Source: Polymyxa betae A26-41
Lineage: Eukaryota > Protista > Endomyxa: Phytomyxea
Reading direction: 5' to 3'
DNA length: 64,000 nt
Assembly (NCBI GenBank): GCA_003693705.1
Contig: RBZT01000525.1
Coordinates: 58,791-122,790 of the forward strand
How positions within the stretch are numbered: the stretch's first letter is position 1; each line of letters opens with the position of its first letter. Below, in pieces: positions 39,076 through 53,437 of the stretch. Below the pieces are notes generated by a model, which was given only the letters and a program-made list of their open reading frames with translations, made no database searches and was not told the origin of the DNA. Both the position numbers and the translations under genes were made by a program.

Positions 39076-40604
39076 ATGACGTCATGGGCGAACACTCCTC
39101 CTCCTCCATTTTCGCCCTTGCGTTTATCGTTCCGTCAGTCAGCTGATTCTTCACAGAATGCAACTCCATTCATTTCCTCGCCTGCCATTCCGAACTACAA
39201 ACCATTTCAGTACCCAGAGGGCTGGGATGATGATCGACTAATGGTTTTCGAAATTCTTGTTTTTTTTTCTGAATGCTAATATTTATTCAATCAGGCGATT
39301 CGTTTTGCTGATGCACCCTCAGCGAGCGTTGACCCAGAAGGGCGGGCTGCACATATGAACTGGTGGCTGGAAGCTATGCGATTGTACGCCCGGCAACTGA
39401 ATACGGTGCATCTGACCCCAGAGGAAGTCCAACGCCACTTTACTCGTTCGGGTGGCATGTACCCCGAATGCATCAATGAAGTTCTGAACGAACTATACAC
39501 ACAAGGCCATGCCGCTTCTATTCAGCAAATTCTGAATCCACCAAGGTTGCTTTCGCATTTGTGGTCATTTGTGACTTCTGGAATTTCGCAAGTGTTTTCT
39601 TCGTCAACGAGACAGGGTTTGAATGGTCCATTTTATTTCATTGATATGGCTCGAGAACGCTCAGGCGAACTCCTGGAGCAGATTCTAAGCTCGTGCTTTA
39701 ACGAAGTCGACCGTATTATTGATTTTCGCCAAGTTAAAGCTATAATGAAACCGAAAGAATCATCAGTTATGAAAGCATCCGAATCTTCCCGCCATGATCT
39801 CGATGCTCAGATTCTTCTCAAACAGCTTGCAGCTGATGGTAGGATCGTCATGTTCTACGGTCAGGCAGACTCCATGTTTGTCAAAGTGGCATCGAGCTCT
39901 CGTAACACTGTCGAAGCTGTCACAGAATCGGATCGGAATGTGGCGAATCTGAAGTATACGATGGAATACCTGGTAGAGCATCTTGCCATTCTTGAAACGA
40001 AGCGGACAGAGAAAATGAAGGAAGTAAGAGAAGCTCTTCGTTGTGGAAGGAAAACGCTTGCCAAGTATCATCTAGCAGCTGCTAAAGTACGTCTTTGGTT
40101 CTGTATTTCTATTAGGCTTACGATGTTATCTTTAGGCTTTGAAAAAAGAAGAGGATACACGTAGCCAACAGTTCTTGAATCTGCAAACGCTCTTGCTTAG
40201 AATATCGTCCTCGCATTCCAACCGTGAAGTATTTGGTGCCATGAAGCAGGCATCACAGGCAGTCGTACAGATTCAGAAGGAATGCGGTTTGGATGCGGAT
40301 AGTGCAGGGGAATTCATGGCAGAGCTTGAAGAGACGCTTGCTGATGCCACCGAAGTTGATCAGGCCCTATCTCAAGGTTTGTTTCGTGTCTTTCTGCTGT
40401 CCTTTAGTAAACGTGCCTCTGCTAGACGTTACTGGTGAGGATATTCACGAGCTCGAAGAAGAGTTGGAGCTGCTTGATTCGATGGAGGCTGATGCCCAAG
40501 TTGCCGAGCTAGAGCTGCCCTCTGTGCCGCGGATGACGGCTGTGAAAACTGCCCAAGAGCAGCTTAGGTCGCCAACCCGTGTCGCTGAGGTTAACCAGCA
40601 ATGA
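39076..40604 (+). CDS. CHMP7: CHMP7-like ESCRT-II/III hybrid protein
   Basis: WDDDRLM...WW N-terminal Vps25-like region, PECINEVLNEL, C-terminal Snf7 coiled coil (NREVFGAMKQASQA...ELEEELELL). Confidence 0.8.
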
Positions 40605-40891
40605 TGATTGGCAGCTTGTGCTCTTAATGGATGTGCATACGGCGATAGATGTGCAGGCCGTTACTGTATGATACAAGCTCCGGTCGCTGAAGCATCAATC
40701 ACTTCTATTCTGATAGTGTTTAGACTGTCCATAGTATTTATTTTCTCTATACATTTCGCTTGTTTTCAGATTTGACTCCATCCGATCGCATGTGTAGACG
40801 TATTAACTTTCCCGAAAAAACACCTTTGGTTGCAACTGCGGGAATCTGATTGGAAGGTGACGGACTATCAGTTGGCTATGATCGACAGTCG

Positions 40892-41789
40892 ATGCCATTG
40901 CAATCAGGAATTGACAATGGAAGTGAGGAGCTGCTGATTCTCCAGTCTATCTATGGTGTAGCCTGTGATTTGACGGCGGCATAGAGCTCTAATGATGCGA
41001 TCAGGTGACGAATACGAACGACTTGATGGCGATCGATTTGCCATCGCCGTCGACAGATCAATCAGGCTGTCGTTTTGGTCGCTTTGCCCAGATTATAGCT
41101 GCTGTCCGCTCTTCGCGTAGGTCGTGGCTGAAACCTTTTCGAAATCGCCTCAAAACCGTCGTCAGTATTGATCTGACTTCGTCGGCTCGATGGCGCTCTC
41201 GAGCGGACCGTGTTCACGTTTTTCAAACGCTGTCATCCCTATGGCATCAAGGCGAGCCTGTAATTCATCAGTGGGTTGAATGGCTTCGCGAAAACGCCAA
41301 GGTTGTGCTGGACCGCATTTGAGGTTTTTATCCTGAGGCCATTCTTAGAGCTATCTTGACCAGGATGATTATTCGCCACCGGTAACGGTTTCTGAAGCGA
41401 CCGTCGTTGACGACTTGTCAGTCGAAATATTCTCTAGCAAGGTGGTGGTTGAACGAAAATCGCGATTCGTTGCACATGTTGCTCGGGTTCGAACGCTAGA
41501 AGAAGTTCGCAGTGTAATTCAGCGTATTCGATCGGATCCGAAGACGCGTGACGCCACACACAATATTGTCGCCTATCGTTTATCAGGGCCGCCTCCGCTT
41601 GATGATCGTGACGATGATGGCGAAGGCGGTGCTGGTGATACTATTCTTTATCTCTTGCAGAAAATGCAAGCGATCGACACGATCGCTATCGTTAGCCGAT
41701 GGTTCGGTGGAGTTAAACTGGGCCCTGATCGCTTTCGCGTGATTGCTATGACTGTCAAAAATTATCTTGACGAGCTTGCATGGAAATAG
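40892..41789 (+). CDS. IMPACT: IMPACT/Yih1 protein (RWD + UPF0029)
   Basis: EELLILQSIYG, GEPVIHQWVEWL, ERKSRFVAH, ATHNIVAYR, DDDGEGGAG, VSRWFGGVKLGPDRF. Confidence 0.92.
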
Positions 41790-42331
41790 AGTGGCATCGC
41801 CCAAGGCAACGTTGATGCTCTTGATGCCATTAACTCCCAGACAAAGACGGCACTGGCCTGTGGCATAGATTTTTCATTTATACAGCATTAGAAGCAAACG
41901 ACGACCATCAGATAAAGCGCATGTATTACTGGGACTGTTGTGCCATGTTTTCATGTGTTGACAAAACCGCTGCGAAGTTTCGCTTAATGCCGAAGTCGAC
42001 TCCCGCCGCAGCATCAGCAATATGGTTATTTGCTAATTCCAAGGCGTGTATTCACGGCAACTGAAAACGAGAACATTGTCGCCCTTGAGTAGGTTTCTAG
42101 CAGTCTGCAATCAAAGATAACTCACTAAGGCGCCATGATGGTCGCGCCTTTGCAAGTAACGTAATGAGGCAACAAATGAGGAAACGCCATGCATGACGGA
42201 CGAGTGGCGAGTGACGGCACGGAACTCCGGCACGGATGGGGTACCCCACAGAACCCTATCGCTTATCCAATCTCCATCCCTTACGCTCACTTGAGCCACC
42301 TTTGCTTAAGTCCCATAATTATATTGCCACA

Positions 42332-43720
42332 ATGCTTGTTACGACTATTTTTATAGCCTCCTTGGGTATTGCCCTTGGCGAGCATGGTTTGATCCATGTC
42401 GATCTAAAACGATCCCAACCAACGGCCGCTGAGCCCATCACCTGGAACGCTTACTCAAAATACGGTGTACATCTGTCATCCTGCCCCGAGATTCCTTTGG
42501 TCGACTTCCAGAACGCCCAGTACTTTGGTGAGATCAGCATCGGGACTCCGCCCCAGAAGTTCAAAGTCATCTTCGATACTGGCAGCTCCAATCTCTGGAT
42601 CCCCTCGGCTCAAATGACCAGGAACCTTCACAACAAGTATGATTCGTCAAAATCATCAACCTATGAAACGAACGGCACCGAGTTCGATATACAATACGGA
42701 AGCGGCTCCATGAAAGGCTTTATCAGTCGCGATACTGTCCAGCTGGGCCCGCTAAATGTCAGACAAGTCGACTTTGCCGAAGCTACCGAAGAACCCGGGA
42801 TAGCTTTCAAGATCGCTAAATTTGACGGCATTCTCGGGATGGCTTTCCGAGCCATCAGTGTCGACCATCTGAAGCCGCTGATGGAATGCGCCTGGGAGCA
42901 GAACCTACTCTCGAAGAACATGTTCAGCTTTTATCTTCCGAGCACCGATGATGCCGCCGGCCAGCTGACGCTCGGAGGCTATGATAAACAGTACTTCTCT
43001 GGAGACATCACTTGGGTGCCTGTCACATCGAAGACGTATTGGGAAATTGAGGTGCTTGCCAGCTGCCCGGTGTTGGCTATCGTTGATATTGATCACGAAA
43101 CTTGTTGTTTAGGTCGATTCTATTTCATCTGAAGGATTTCAGGCCGACTGTAAAACCGCCATCGTTGATACTGGCACGACACTCTTGGCCGGCCCTTCGC
43201 AGGAAGTCGCTAAGCTGGCTCAACAGATGGGTAATGTTGCGCCCGCCATCCATTGGGCTTGCTAATGGCAGTCTTTTGCAGGAGCAATTCGGAACCCTCT
43301 AATGAGAAACATGTATGTGATGAGCTGCTCGAAGAAGGATCGCCTCTCCAATATTGAAATCGGCTTGAACGGTCGCGCATTTACTCTGACTCCCGACGAT
43401 TACTTGTATGGATATCAATGCTACAATGAGCAACGAAGCTCATCTGATCATTCAATAGGATCAAGCAGAAGGTGTTCGGTTTCGATATCTGTGTTCTTGG
43501 CATAATGGGAATTGATGTACCGCCTCCTCGTGGCCCGCTCTGGATTCTAGGTGACGTCTTCATTCGCCAATACTACACCATATTCGACGTTGGAAATGTT
43601 CAAGTCGGATTTGTGAACGTTACGCAGTCCGACTCAAAAATGAAGGCGATTCCCTTCAATCATGATTATGATGAGCAATTTAACAAGTTCACCAATTTCA
43701 TCCAGGTTTCAGTAATTTGA
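42332..43720 (+). CDS. Cathepsin D-like A1 aspartic protease
   Basis: Signal peptide; [47 protein letters not shown]; 3 introns. Confidence 0.95.
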
Positions 43721-44326
43721 GGTCACAAGTTCAACCGATGAACTCCCCTTCTTCCTTATATTTCCATAAACCAGTTAGATTATTATATCAGCAGAGGAAT
43801 CGGGCATAATTTGTTGTGACAAAAATGCATCAGATTGTGATCTTTTACGGCCATCGATGTCACTCCACGTTTTATTCCTGCCCGTTTGTTTGTATAAGCA
43901 AGTAATAGCTAAGTTCAAACCACTCTCGCTTTTTGGAACTTCAATCAGGTCAGGTTACATTTTGTAAAAACATTTTCTTTGAGTAAACCAGCTAAAGTTC
44001 AATCGTTCATTTGTTGTACTGTAGACTGAGTGTAGAGTGAAACTTAAAACCAAAATCATCGATTTAATCAAAATGAAACACCTGAACCATCTGATCCAGC
44101 TAATGATTTTGGTTTCCGGTTTGAGCTTCAGACTCAAATTTTGTGAGTTGGTCATGAAGCCCATAATGATGAATTGACCTTTTGGTAAGCTGATCCGTCA
44201 ATGATCAAAAGCAGTTTTTATCTATAGTTCTCTCCTCAGACGGTCTGTTCAGTAGTTCAAAAAAATAATCCAGAAAAACGCGCACAAAACTTCCCTACTG
44301 CTGGTCTGTGGTAGAAGGACAGTCCC

Positions 44327-45091
44327 ATGTCTTCAACAACATCAGAAAGATCGCTGATTCTGCCATCCATTACTCATCTATGGACGTGCGCCCAGGAAGT
44401 TGCCAATTTCGCGCCAGGTCTGGCCCGATTCTACATGTATTCGTTGACTTAATTTGTTGCTTGCCGAGCCATAATTCGTGATGGACAGGGGTCGAGTCCG
44501 CGATCTTTCTCTCGCTTCTAACAACAGTAATAGTCTACCGCCATATGATTATTCCTGCAGCTCAGCTTTTGTGCAGCACTGTCGGATCGTATTCGAGTTC
44601 GATTCTGTTTCCGCTGTGCCGCCTGTCTAATCCCGGGGCGGAACTGTTCGGTTCGCTTAGCGGCTAGCAAGACTATCCGGAAATCGAAATGCAAACGAAA
44701 CCGAACGCGATTCGAAAACGAATTGACCTTCTCGTGCCATGATTGCGGATTCAGGAACCGAGCCTTGGGTTCGGATCGCGAATCTTTGGATCGTGCTGAG
44801 TCCCACGTTCAAATCGAAACGGCTCATAAGAACGAAAAGAAGCTGGCGCTGACGAAACAAGCACGAAACGGCAGCGTTAATCCAGCGGCTATTAAAGCGA
44901 CGACGCCTTCGTTGTTTTTCAGGTTTCAATGCGAAGCAGCCACGGTCGGTGCCAGAAATAACGCTCTCGTGACCAAAGCGCCTGCAATCTCGCCGAGTGG
45001 AAAGCAGCCGTCGGTGCCGGCGCCTGAAAAGTTGCCGCCTGCTGACCCGAATGTGACTATGTATGATCTGCTGAATAAATACAGAAGATGA
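44327..45091 (+). CDS. RPP21: RNase P/MRP Rpr2/Rpp21/Snm1-family zinc-ribbon protein
   Basis: HLWTCA...LARFYM; RFCFRCAACLIPGRNCSVRL...FSCHDCG; two short introns. Confidence 0.75.
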
Positions 45092-45166
45092 CGAGTCGAA
45101 TTACATCAGGGTTTTGCTTGTCATAGTTGATTCATTTCCGGTGATGGTCGCCCATAAACGATCGTG

Positions 45167-45886
45167 ATGACGATCCGATTCCTGCTGATGCTGACGTCGA
45201 TCGCTGCTGCCGCTGATGTCGATCGCCTTGCGCAGCAGCTGCGACGATATGGTCTATCTAAAGCCCAGATTTTCAACATGATTCAGAGACCGTCCGAGGC
45301 AGCCCAGACGGCAGAATCTTCTCCCAGAACGATTAATGAAAACATCGCCGATGAGATCCAATGGCTCGAGACGAGTTTCCCTGGAGGTGTGGAACACGTT
45401 GCCGATTCTCCCAGATGTCCTGCTGATGGCTCAGAATGTTACGAGGTTATCATCGCTGCCGCCGGGTCTTATCTGGATCCTGGTGCGACCAAGAAGACAG
45501 CTTTGAACCGATTACGAACAAGGCTGGATCCGGATTATAGGAGAAAGGCGAAACACGAAGTGTCGATCTTCGTCCGAATACCGAAACAATATCCAGATCG
45601 AGAAATCCATTTACGAATCACAGATTCGAACGGATTTCTGAAGCGCGAAGTTCGGGCCCTGGAGAGCGTATTGAGGAAAATCGCACGCCGAAGCCGAGCT
45701 AGATCGCGGCCGGCGCTGAAGGCGATCTGCCGCCGGGCGCTGCGGTTCGTCACGAATCCAGACGATGCGCTTCGGTCGAAGCCGATCAGCATCTGGTTGC
45801 TGGTCGTTCCCGGCGCCGCCTTCCTGCTCGCCTTTAAATACATGCAGTGGCGTCTGCAACATACGACCACCGTCTATCACCGATAA
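45167..45886 (+). CDS. Signal-peptide + RWD-like domain + C-terminal TM protein
   Basis: MTIRFLLMLTSIAAAA; DEIQWLETSFP and FVRIPKQYPD resemble RWD motifs; IWLLVVPGAAFLLAF. Confidence 0.65.
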   Translation: MTIRFLLMLTSIAAAADVDRLAQQLRRYGLSKAQIFNMIQRPSEAAQTAESSPRTINENIADEIQWLETSFPGGVEHVADSPRCPADGSECYEVIIAAAGSYLDPGATKKTALNRLRTRLDPDYRRKAKHEVSIFVRIPKQYPDREIHLRITDSNGFLKREVRALESVLRKIARRSRARSRPALKAICRRALRFVTNPDDALRSKPISIWLLVVPGAAFLLAFKYMQWRLQHTTTVYHR

Positions 45887-46811
45887 AGCGAAATAAATTT
45901 CTCTTTGTTTAAAGTGAGCCGACCCATCTACCAAACATCAAAGACAGATTGAATACTTACTCCAAAAACCTGTATAAATAGCTGCAAAATGCCTCTTCGT
46001 GGCTGCATCATTTAAACTTCAGCCAGATCTGCCTTCATGAGAACGATGAATTGCTCAGTTCTTCTTTTTTCGGAGCAGGTTTCTTCAAATGAATTGCATA
46101 AGCATCGCCAAGTCATTATTTATAGCCATTTCATGTTATAGATGAGATTTAAAGTATGATCAGCAATAGGGTTTTGAATGGTTGTACATAGGCAGTCGGG
46201 GTCGATTTCGATGACGATACCAATGCCGAGATATTCGCTGTTCGATGGAGGCATTTATCGTTTTCTCGGCGCGTTTGCTCAGTTTTACGATTACTAGCTA
46301 AAAGAATCGACTCCGTTAGCAGGCCAACTACCTCGATAAAGCAAAATAAACGTCTCTCTGCATGGAAAAAAAATAGTGCATTCACTTTTGCCTTTAACTC
46401 GAATCGGAAGCAAATTTCGAATTCGAAGCCTGCTGATTCTCAAAAGCACAGTGTAAAGATATCCTCCAAATAATATAACCGTTGAGATCGTGGGGCTCGA
46501 TACCAAGGTCTGCTGTTTGTAGAACTCGAACCTACAGCAATATTGCTCGCTGTGTGGACCGGCTTGGAAAATCGTCAAGTGATGACATTGAGATGGATTA
46601 TGAAAGCACCGAGAGAGAATGCGAGATGGAAAGAAGACGAGATGACCTTCAACGGAATCTTTGATACGTTACCTCAGAGGGTCGCGTTTTCCTTCTTTCA
46701 GCGGTTTTGTCGTTACTCGCTGGCCCCAGTCCAGTTGTATGCTCACATTGGACTCATTTCCTTTGGTTTGGCTCCAGAGATAGTTAGGGGATTGGCTGCA
46801 GTAAGCCGCCC

Positions 46812-49800
46812 ATGATTCATAATATCCCACATCTGCCGTCCTCGCCATCCGGCTCGCCGACTCTTGAGTTTCCTCTATTGAGTAAAGTCAGGGAACTTGA
46901 ACATTTTCTGACGCTGACTGGGTCGAAAACGGATAACGCTTCGGTCTCTATAGACGCTGAGCTAATCGGTAATATATTTAATCGATTTAACGAATCTCTT
47001 TATCAAACGAGTTCCAGGGCCTTCAGACAAGTTCGCTGATCTTTCTGCGTTTCAAACGATCTTTAACGAGGTCCTTCAAACGCTGTCATATTGTCATCTA
47101 TATAATTGTCTTAGGAGATAGCATGTCTTCAAGAGATGCAAGCTATTGTTAAAGAAAGTAGTCGTTTTATATCGATGACATATTGCTATCGTAGCTGCTC
47201 TAAGGCATTGCCGATGATGAAAAACGAAACAGACGATAATATGCGGAAAGACATTCATCAAAAGTCAAAATCTGTCCCTTTGAAACTGTTTTACTTATTG
47301 TCCCTGTTTAGAACCTTCTCAATTCTGAGACCAGAAATTGCAAAGCTTCATGAGTTCGCAGCGTTTTACGAAAAAATTATTGAAGTATTCGTTCAAAACT
47401 TTAAAAAGCTGGTATGATCGTCGCTCTGAATTTGAAATGCAACCAAAACAATATACTTTTCAGGTCCAGCCCGCTTCTAAAGGCGAAATAGCGAGTGATG
47501 ACCATATTCGAATGTTACAGATAGTGCTCGATCGGCTGATTATCCTCGATGCTTTGAAAGACATGAAAGCTTGTTTGCAAAACGACTTTGCCCGGTATAA
47601 GGTTGATCGCACTTCGTCCCATCACATTTTATATCTGAATCCGTCTAGCGATCATTCTCGAATATTAGGGCTGATTTGCCCGATTCTGATGCGGTCGCTG
47701 ACGACATCCACAACCTGCAAATGTTTTTAGGAAATCCGCAACATCCGAACGATCTTATCGTAACTCGTCTTCGTTGTGAAATACAAAAGATCCCTGGACA
47801 CGAAGATGTCGGTACACTCTATACCCGCCACGATTGCAACTAAAGACTTGAATTTTAAGGTCGTTGTTTTATTAGCGGATGATGCGCTACGCTCGCTGCA
47901 AAAACGGGACTATCTATTGCAGAATGAAAAACACATTTTAGAGCGTGTCTTAATCAACACGATCTTTCTGCTCGATGGGGAATCTAAGCGAATGTCCAAC
48001 GCTTTTAAGTACAAGAAGTTCGACATCGAGGCAATCCGTCTGTATTTCAAAGGAAGACCATACTTGCCTCTTTTCGGTGATATGGTAATCGCTCTGAAAT
48101 CATATTTGCTACTTCATTTGACATGTATATTATAGCATTTAAATATAAGATTTGTTCTTAAGCGGTAATTTGAATGGAATATCATGTCTAGTCTTGAACA
48201 AACAACATTTAGGTGCACTAATTTCGATCCTGCAAAAATGGAAGGCCAGTGGTTTACAGGGGATACTCAACATTACCTGTTAATCGAGAAGAAACAAGAC
48301 ATTGAATCTGAATATAATGCCTTTAAAACATCATTTCTTCATGTAAAGTCCTTGTTGACTGTCAAAAATAAGCTCATAGCCAGTGTAGGTGCTCAGCTCA
48401 ATAAAGGCAAGAGCTGAGGGTCGCGATAATTCCCCCGTCGACCAAAATCTAGCTCAAGAAGTATTTTTCCATTTCACTTAACTGACAGCGATAAAATGAT
48501 AACAGTAATGATTTTTAGGTTTTTGATAAAGTCTTGAATGGATTCAAATTGATATCCAAATGGAATACAGCCATTCAAGAACAATCAGCTTACAAAAGAG
48601 CAAATCCAATCGACAACAAAACATTTATTGTACAAACGTTCTCAATGCAAAACTTTTTTATGTGATTGCAACCTCAGGAAAAAGGAGGAGTCGAGGGCCC
48701 TGGATTCAGTTTCGAATGCGTCGATCGCTACAATTATTCCAATGAAGAGTTATCCACTCTTTGTGCTGTGATAAGCATGCTTAAAAGTAGGTCATATTCA
48801 TATAGAGGTCAATTTATTATCTGAAACGGTTTTCAGGCATCGGCTCCACGCTGCGGGAAGCAGAACCATTTGTTAGAACTATTATTCGAAAGTCAATGCA
48901 TGATGAGATTCAAATGTATCTGCAAGGAACTTTGTCTCAGCCGCTCAGAAAGGCCTATAAACGCGGTTGATATGACACTTTTGCGAATCAGTACTTCTGT
49001 TAAATAAGCCGCTTTATTATAGGGAAAGACGATGTTCGGGCGTGTATGCTACTGTTAAGATGGATAGCTGCTGATTGGTCCAGAGATACTGCAACTGTAC
49101 AGGATTATAAATCGCATTCGAAAGATAAGGGCGCTTCAGTGGAGTTTCCCCGGCGCTGTGTACAGCCATTGTATACACAGATGCTTTTATTAAGGTTATC
49201 CAGAATAGATTTCTTGCTTTGCGACAGTTTTAAATCATTTTCATTAGGCGGATATCTTTGGAGATTTTCTCTGACAAAAGCAAAGGCATGCAGGGCGGAA
49301 TATTCACAGAGAAAAACATTACGAAAGATTTGGTTCCGGAATTTGAACGGGTGTATGATCGCTTGGTTTTTTATCCATACTTGCTTGACTACAAAGGCAC
49401 TTTATCTGCTTGCCTTGATATGAGTGACTTATGGTATCGAGAATTTTATCTAGAGATCACGAAGGTGACCCACTTGCCTTATAATTACGCTATTGCCTAA
49501 GTTTCGCTCGTTAGTGTGTTCAATTTCCCATATCGATGTCGTTGCCATTCATTCTAGCTGAACATGTCGTGAACACCCCTCAGATAGCGGACAGTTTGCT
49601 GTTGTGCATCGATGTTTACAATGATGCCGCTGACCGCGCTCTCAATGCCCTCAATCAGCAATTCATTTTTCGAGAAGTTGAGGCTGAGCTCAACATCGCT
49701 TTCCACACTTTGGTCTGTTTTCCTCACGAGTGTCACTTATAATCCCAACATGTGCTTACTAGGTCCATACTCTTGCCATGAACATTTTTACGTGCTTCAA

Positions 49801-52097
49801 AGCAATCAGCTCCGCTATATTACTGGACCACGATCATAAGCATTGGCAGGACCCAAAAACGCCAGTTTGGAAAAAGTTCGATTCTTCGGCTGCTGGGTAT
49901 AACTTTTGTTCTTGTTGGTTTTTGACTTAGAGTGATGTTTAGATTCGTTACTTTAATGCAACAAAGGGACATCCGCTTATTAGGACGTTCTGTGGACTTG
50001 AGGCGTCTTTTGGCCCAGCATATTAACGGCTACTTTAGGTAATCATGCGGTCAGCTTGCAATAGCGTTTTGTTATTTTGACCTTAGACAAAATATCGATA
50101 TGGCAATCTCCCGCTTTGAAAGTTGTGATTTAACTACTATAATCGATCTCAAATCGATACTGGAGCAGACCCAACTCACTCATCGTTTACTGTCGCAGCA
50201 TCTATCTCTTGACCCTCATCAGGTTAATTTCGCTTAATCTGTACGCTTACACCTAAAGCGCTCTTTTTAGTCCATTCTGCTTGATGTCAATGCGATGACG
50301 AAGTTTCCTCCGTTCTGTGGCCGAATCGTTGTCCATGTTTATTCTGAGCTTCTTGGAGATCTGATACCAAATTTTTGCTTCAATACCTCCATGCTGTTAT
50401 TCAGGCGGGGGCCTGTATCATTTACTGACCCAATGCCTCGTGATTCTCCTCCTCCTTTTATGGCTCAATTTTGGTCAGTGTTCACCTAAGAGAGATTTCA
50501 AAGATTAATTCCTGGCTCATAGGTATACTCAGAGTTTTAACAAGGTGTTTGCAGATGCCCTCAAGACAACCCATGATTTCTTTGGATCTGATCACATGCT
50601 TGCTCTAATTAACTTGTTAGACCCCAAAGATTTTGTTACTCTTTTTGAGCAGATTTACTGTTTTCTTGAAGAGAAGGTATCCACTGCACCCTCGCTTCGA
50701 ATTTTGTGTGCTTACATACAGTTCAGGTTAATTACGTTTTCGCATCATACGCCAAAGTTATGATAGATTCAATGGATCCAATCAAATTACCTTCCCTCAA
50801 ATATGGAGTAATTGGAGGATATGGGTATTTCGATTTGAAACTCAAACCAATTGCTTGTTATGAGAATCTGCGCTCCGAGTTTTTTCAAGCAATCAAAGAT
50901 ATTGTTAGTCCACCAGACTCTGCTTGATACTCTATTAAATTTTCTATATAGGGCAACACATTAGCTTTCATTCACCAACTTTCTTTAGCGCAATGTCAGC
51001 TGAATTCCTGGGACACGAATGTTTTATCGTTTTTTGAGAAGCTCGCGAGTTCAGCGGCTAGGAATGTCCAAGAAGCTCCATTACCTTCAGTCGAGCCTCT
51101 CCGGCAATGTGTCGAACAGGTTCCTTATCAAACGTACTATACTGAAAGCGCTTATCCAATTTCAGTCCATAATCTTGCGTTCTGGAGAACAATCCCCTTC
51201 GTTGTTGACCGTGACGCTTGAAAGGCTATATAACAGTATCGAGAAATCAGGTGCATTGTCAGAGTGGGTTGGCAAACTGTCTCCACACCGTCAGTTTCTT
51301 ATCATGATATAACTCTTTGAATCCGTTTCTCTAATATTCGTTCAGATGTGTTGGATCTTGAAACCCCGAAGGACTTGTGCAGACTCTGGTCTGCATTGCA
51401 GTTTACTTTCTTGAATCCAACGCAAGAACAGATCGATGCCACAGAACCTTCTAATGTTGAGGTAAAGCGGTTGTTTAGTGTCTTTTCCACTCTTAATTTG
51501 TTTAGATATTTGGTGATGGGTTCTCTTGGGCTGGCATGTCGTTCCTTCACCTTTGCGGCTTCCGTCATAGGTCAGATTCATCTATCAGAAAGATAGGTTG
51601 TTTTATTGGTATCATTAGATTTGAAGCGTTAGACTTTGTGTATTACATCCTGCGTATGCAGTTAATTTCTCCTGCAAATCTTGCTATTGACCCAAAGAGG
51701 TCCAAAAAGGGCAAAGCCGATCCAGAAAAGGAAGTATGTCAATTTCTCGCGAAAAGTACCTCCTAGCTCAATATCTTGTAGCTATTTCCGTTTGTTAAGA
51801 AGTTGCTGGAAGACGGTTCCAATACCAAGCTTCTTAACAGCTATCTTTTCTCGATAATGGAGTCACATTTCGACGGCATTCATAAGCTTTCAATACCTGT
51901 ACTTGCTCCAGAAGTCGACACCCCGCTTTCTCCAAGTCGTACGTGTTTTCGTTTTGCTGATAGATCTTGAGTGATTGAATCTCATCATAGATGCTCGATT
52001 GTCAATTCAACCTGTAGTCTCTCCTACTGCAGATTCTCTTCATGCCGGTACGCCTGCATTCACTTCGTACTTTTCCTCTAGCCCCAAAGCATCTTAA
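46812..52097 (+). CDS. CYFIP: CYFIP/Sra1/PIR121 (SCAR/WAVE complex subunit), >20 short introns
   Basis: YCYRSCSKALP, LDALKDMKACLQNDFARYK, DMSDLWYREFYLE, QFPISMSLPFIL, YNDAADRAL, LLGRSVDL, CRLWSALQF. Confidence 0.92.
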
Positions 52098-52584
52098 TAA
52101 AAACAGTGTCAGCAACTTCTATTTATAAGAGCTCGCTTAGTGCCATCATGTCGCGGACATCTATACTGTCTTGGGTTTTTTCGATAGATCTCATCCTTGC
52201 GTTTTGTGGTATGAAATTTGTATCGATTTGACCTTTTACAAATTCTGGATGCCTGCACTCCAGAGATGCACTTGTGTACTCTGCGTAAATTGTTTGTTGA
52301 GCAACAAACTGCGTGACTGCTGGCAAACAACCAAACTGCGCAAATCCGGAATCCAGCATCATGGAACATGAATCATGATTGAAAACTGACCAAATCCGTC
52401 GCGCAGTCGCTTTTCCGACGTATTTTTCAACGGAGGTTCATTGGCTAGATAGTGAAATTCGACATACGCTGACACTCAGTTTGAATGGAACAGTTTCATT
52501 TTTTTTTGAGATAACTTAATCAGCATTGGAAGAAACACCATTAGCGACCAATCGAAAATATGCTTAATGCAATTCGTTGTCGAT

Positions 52585-53269
52585 TTAATCACCCTCCTCA
52601 ATTACGTCTCCCCATTGGTTTCTTTTTTGCTGTTTCAGATTGCGTCGGATTTCGTCATTGTGGTCATCAGAATCACTTATGGAGACATCTTGCGACTTTT
52701 CGTTCTGATCTAAGGCCCCATCCTCATCGGCCAGTTCAATTTTTGATTTATACTCAGCTAATAATGGGGAATCGGGCCACTCCTTTTCGACTACCCGACG
52801 AATGTCTTTTCCGATTGGAGTGCGTAACGAAACTAAGGCCTTCAATGCAGGCTCTGTTGAACTGTGCCAAGCTAAAATAGAATTCAGATCGACTATCATC
52901 TAACATTTTATAAAAGTACCATATTGAACTCCAGCAATAGCCCCAATGGATCCTAATATCAATCGCGCCTTCACTCGATTCCGGACTGCTGTAGCAGCTA
53001 GCAAAGATGAAGCCGTATTCCAAACAAATTGTTTCAACTAACCAAGAACACCGGCAATCAATCCGACAGCTGAATAATTTAGCATACGTTTTTGGATAGA
53101 CACTCTTATAGCAGACAATTCAGCCTCTTCTTCGGGCAGTAGCTGTCCATTCTGTAGTTTGCTTACAAGCAGCTCGCCTACGCTCCTTTGACTATCACGA
53201 TTACGTTAAAAACAACGAGGAATAACAGTGGCAATCAACTGACACCCTTTTCTTTGGACATGATCCCAT
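52585..53269 (-). CDS. Hypothetical small membrane protein (multi-exon)
   Basis: MGSCPKK|...LLPEEEAEL..|FVWNTASSLL...LILGSIGAIAGVQYG|...RRNLKQQKRNQWGDVIEEGD. Confidence 0.55.
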
Positions 53270-53437
53270 GAGGCTCTCTCTTGACTGTTAGATAGAGAGA
53301 GCGCTTAAGATAACCGACGGCGACGCAGCCTTATTCGGAGGTGGATATTATGCGGATATTGATTAGTTGCATGCTGACGAATTTGTCCAGGTTTTGCCAA
53401 TATTAATGCCACATTTACTGCTGGACATTGTGGAGGC

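Noticed and set aside
52109-52369. Cys-containing small minus ORF as secreted peptide
   Set aside because: Weak signal peptide, several overlapping frames, no supporting motif
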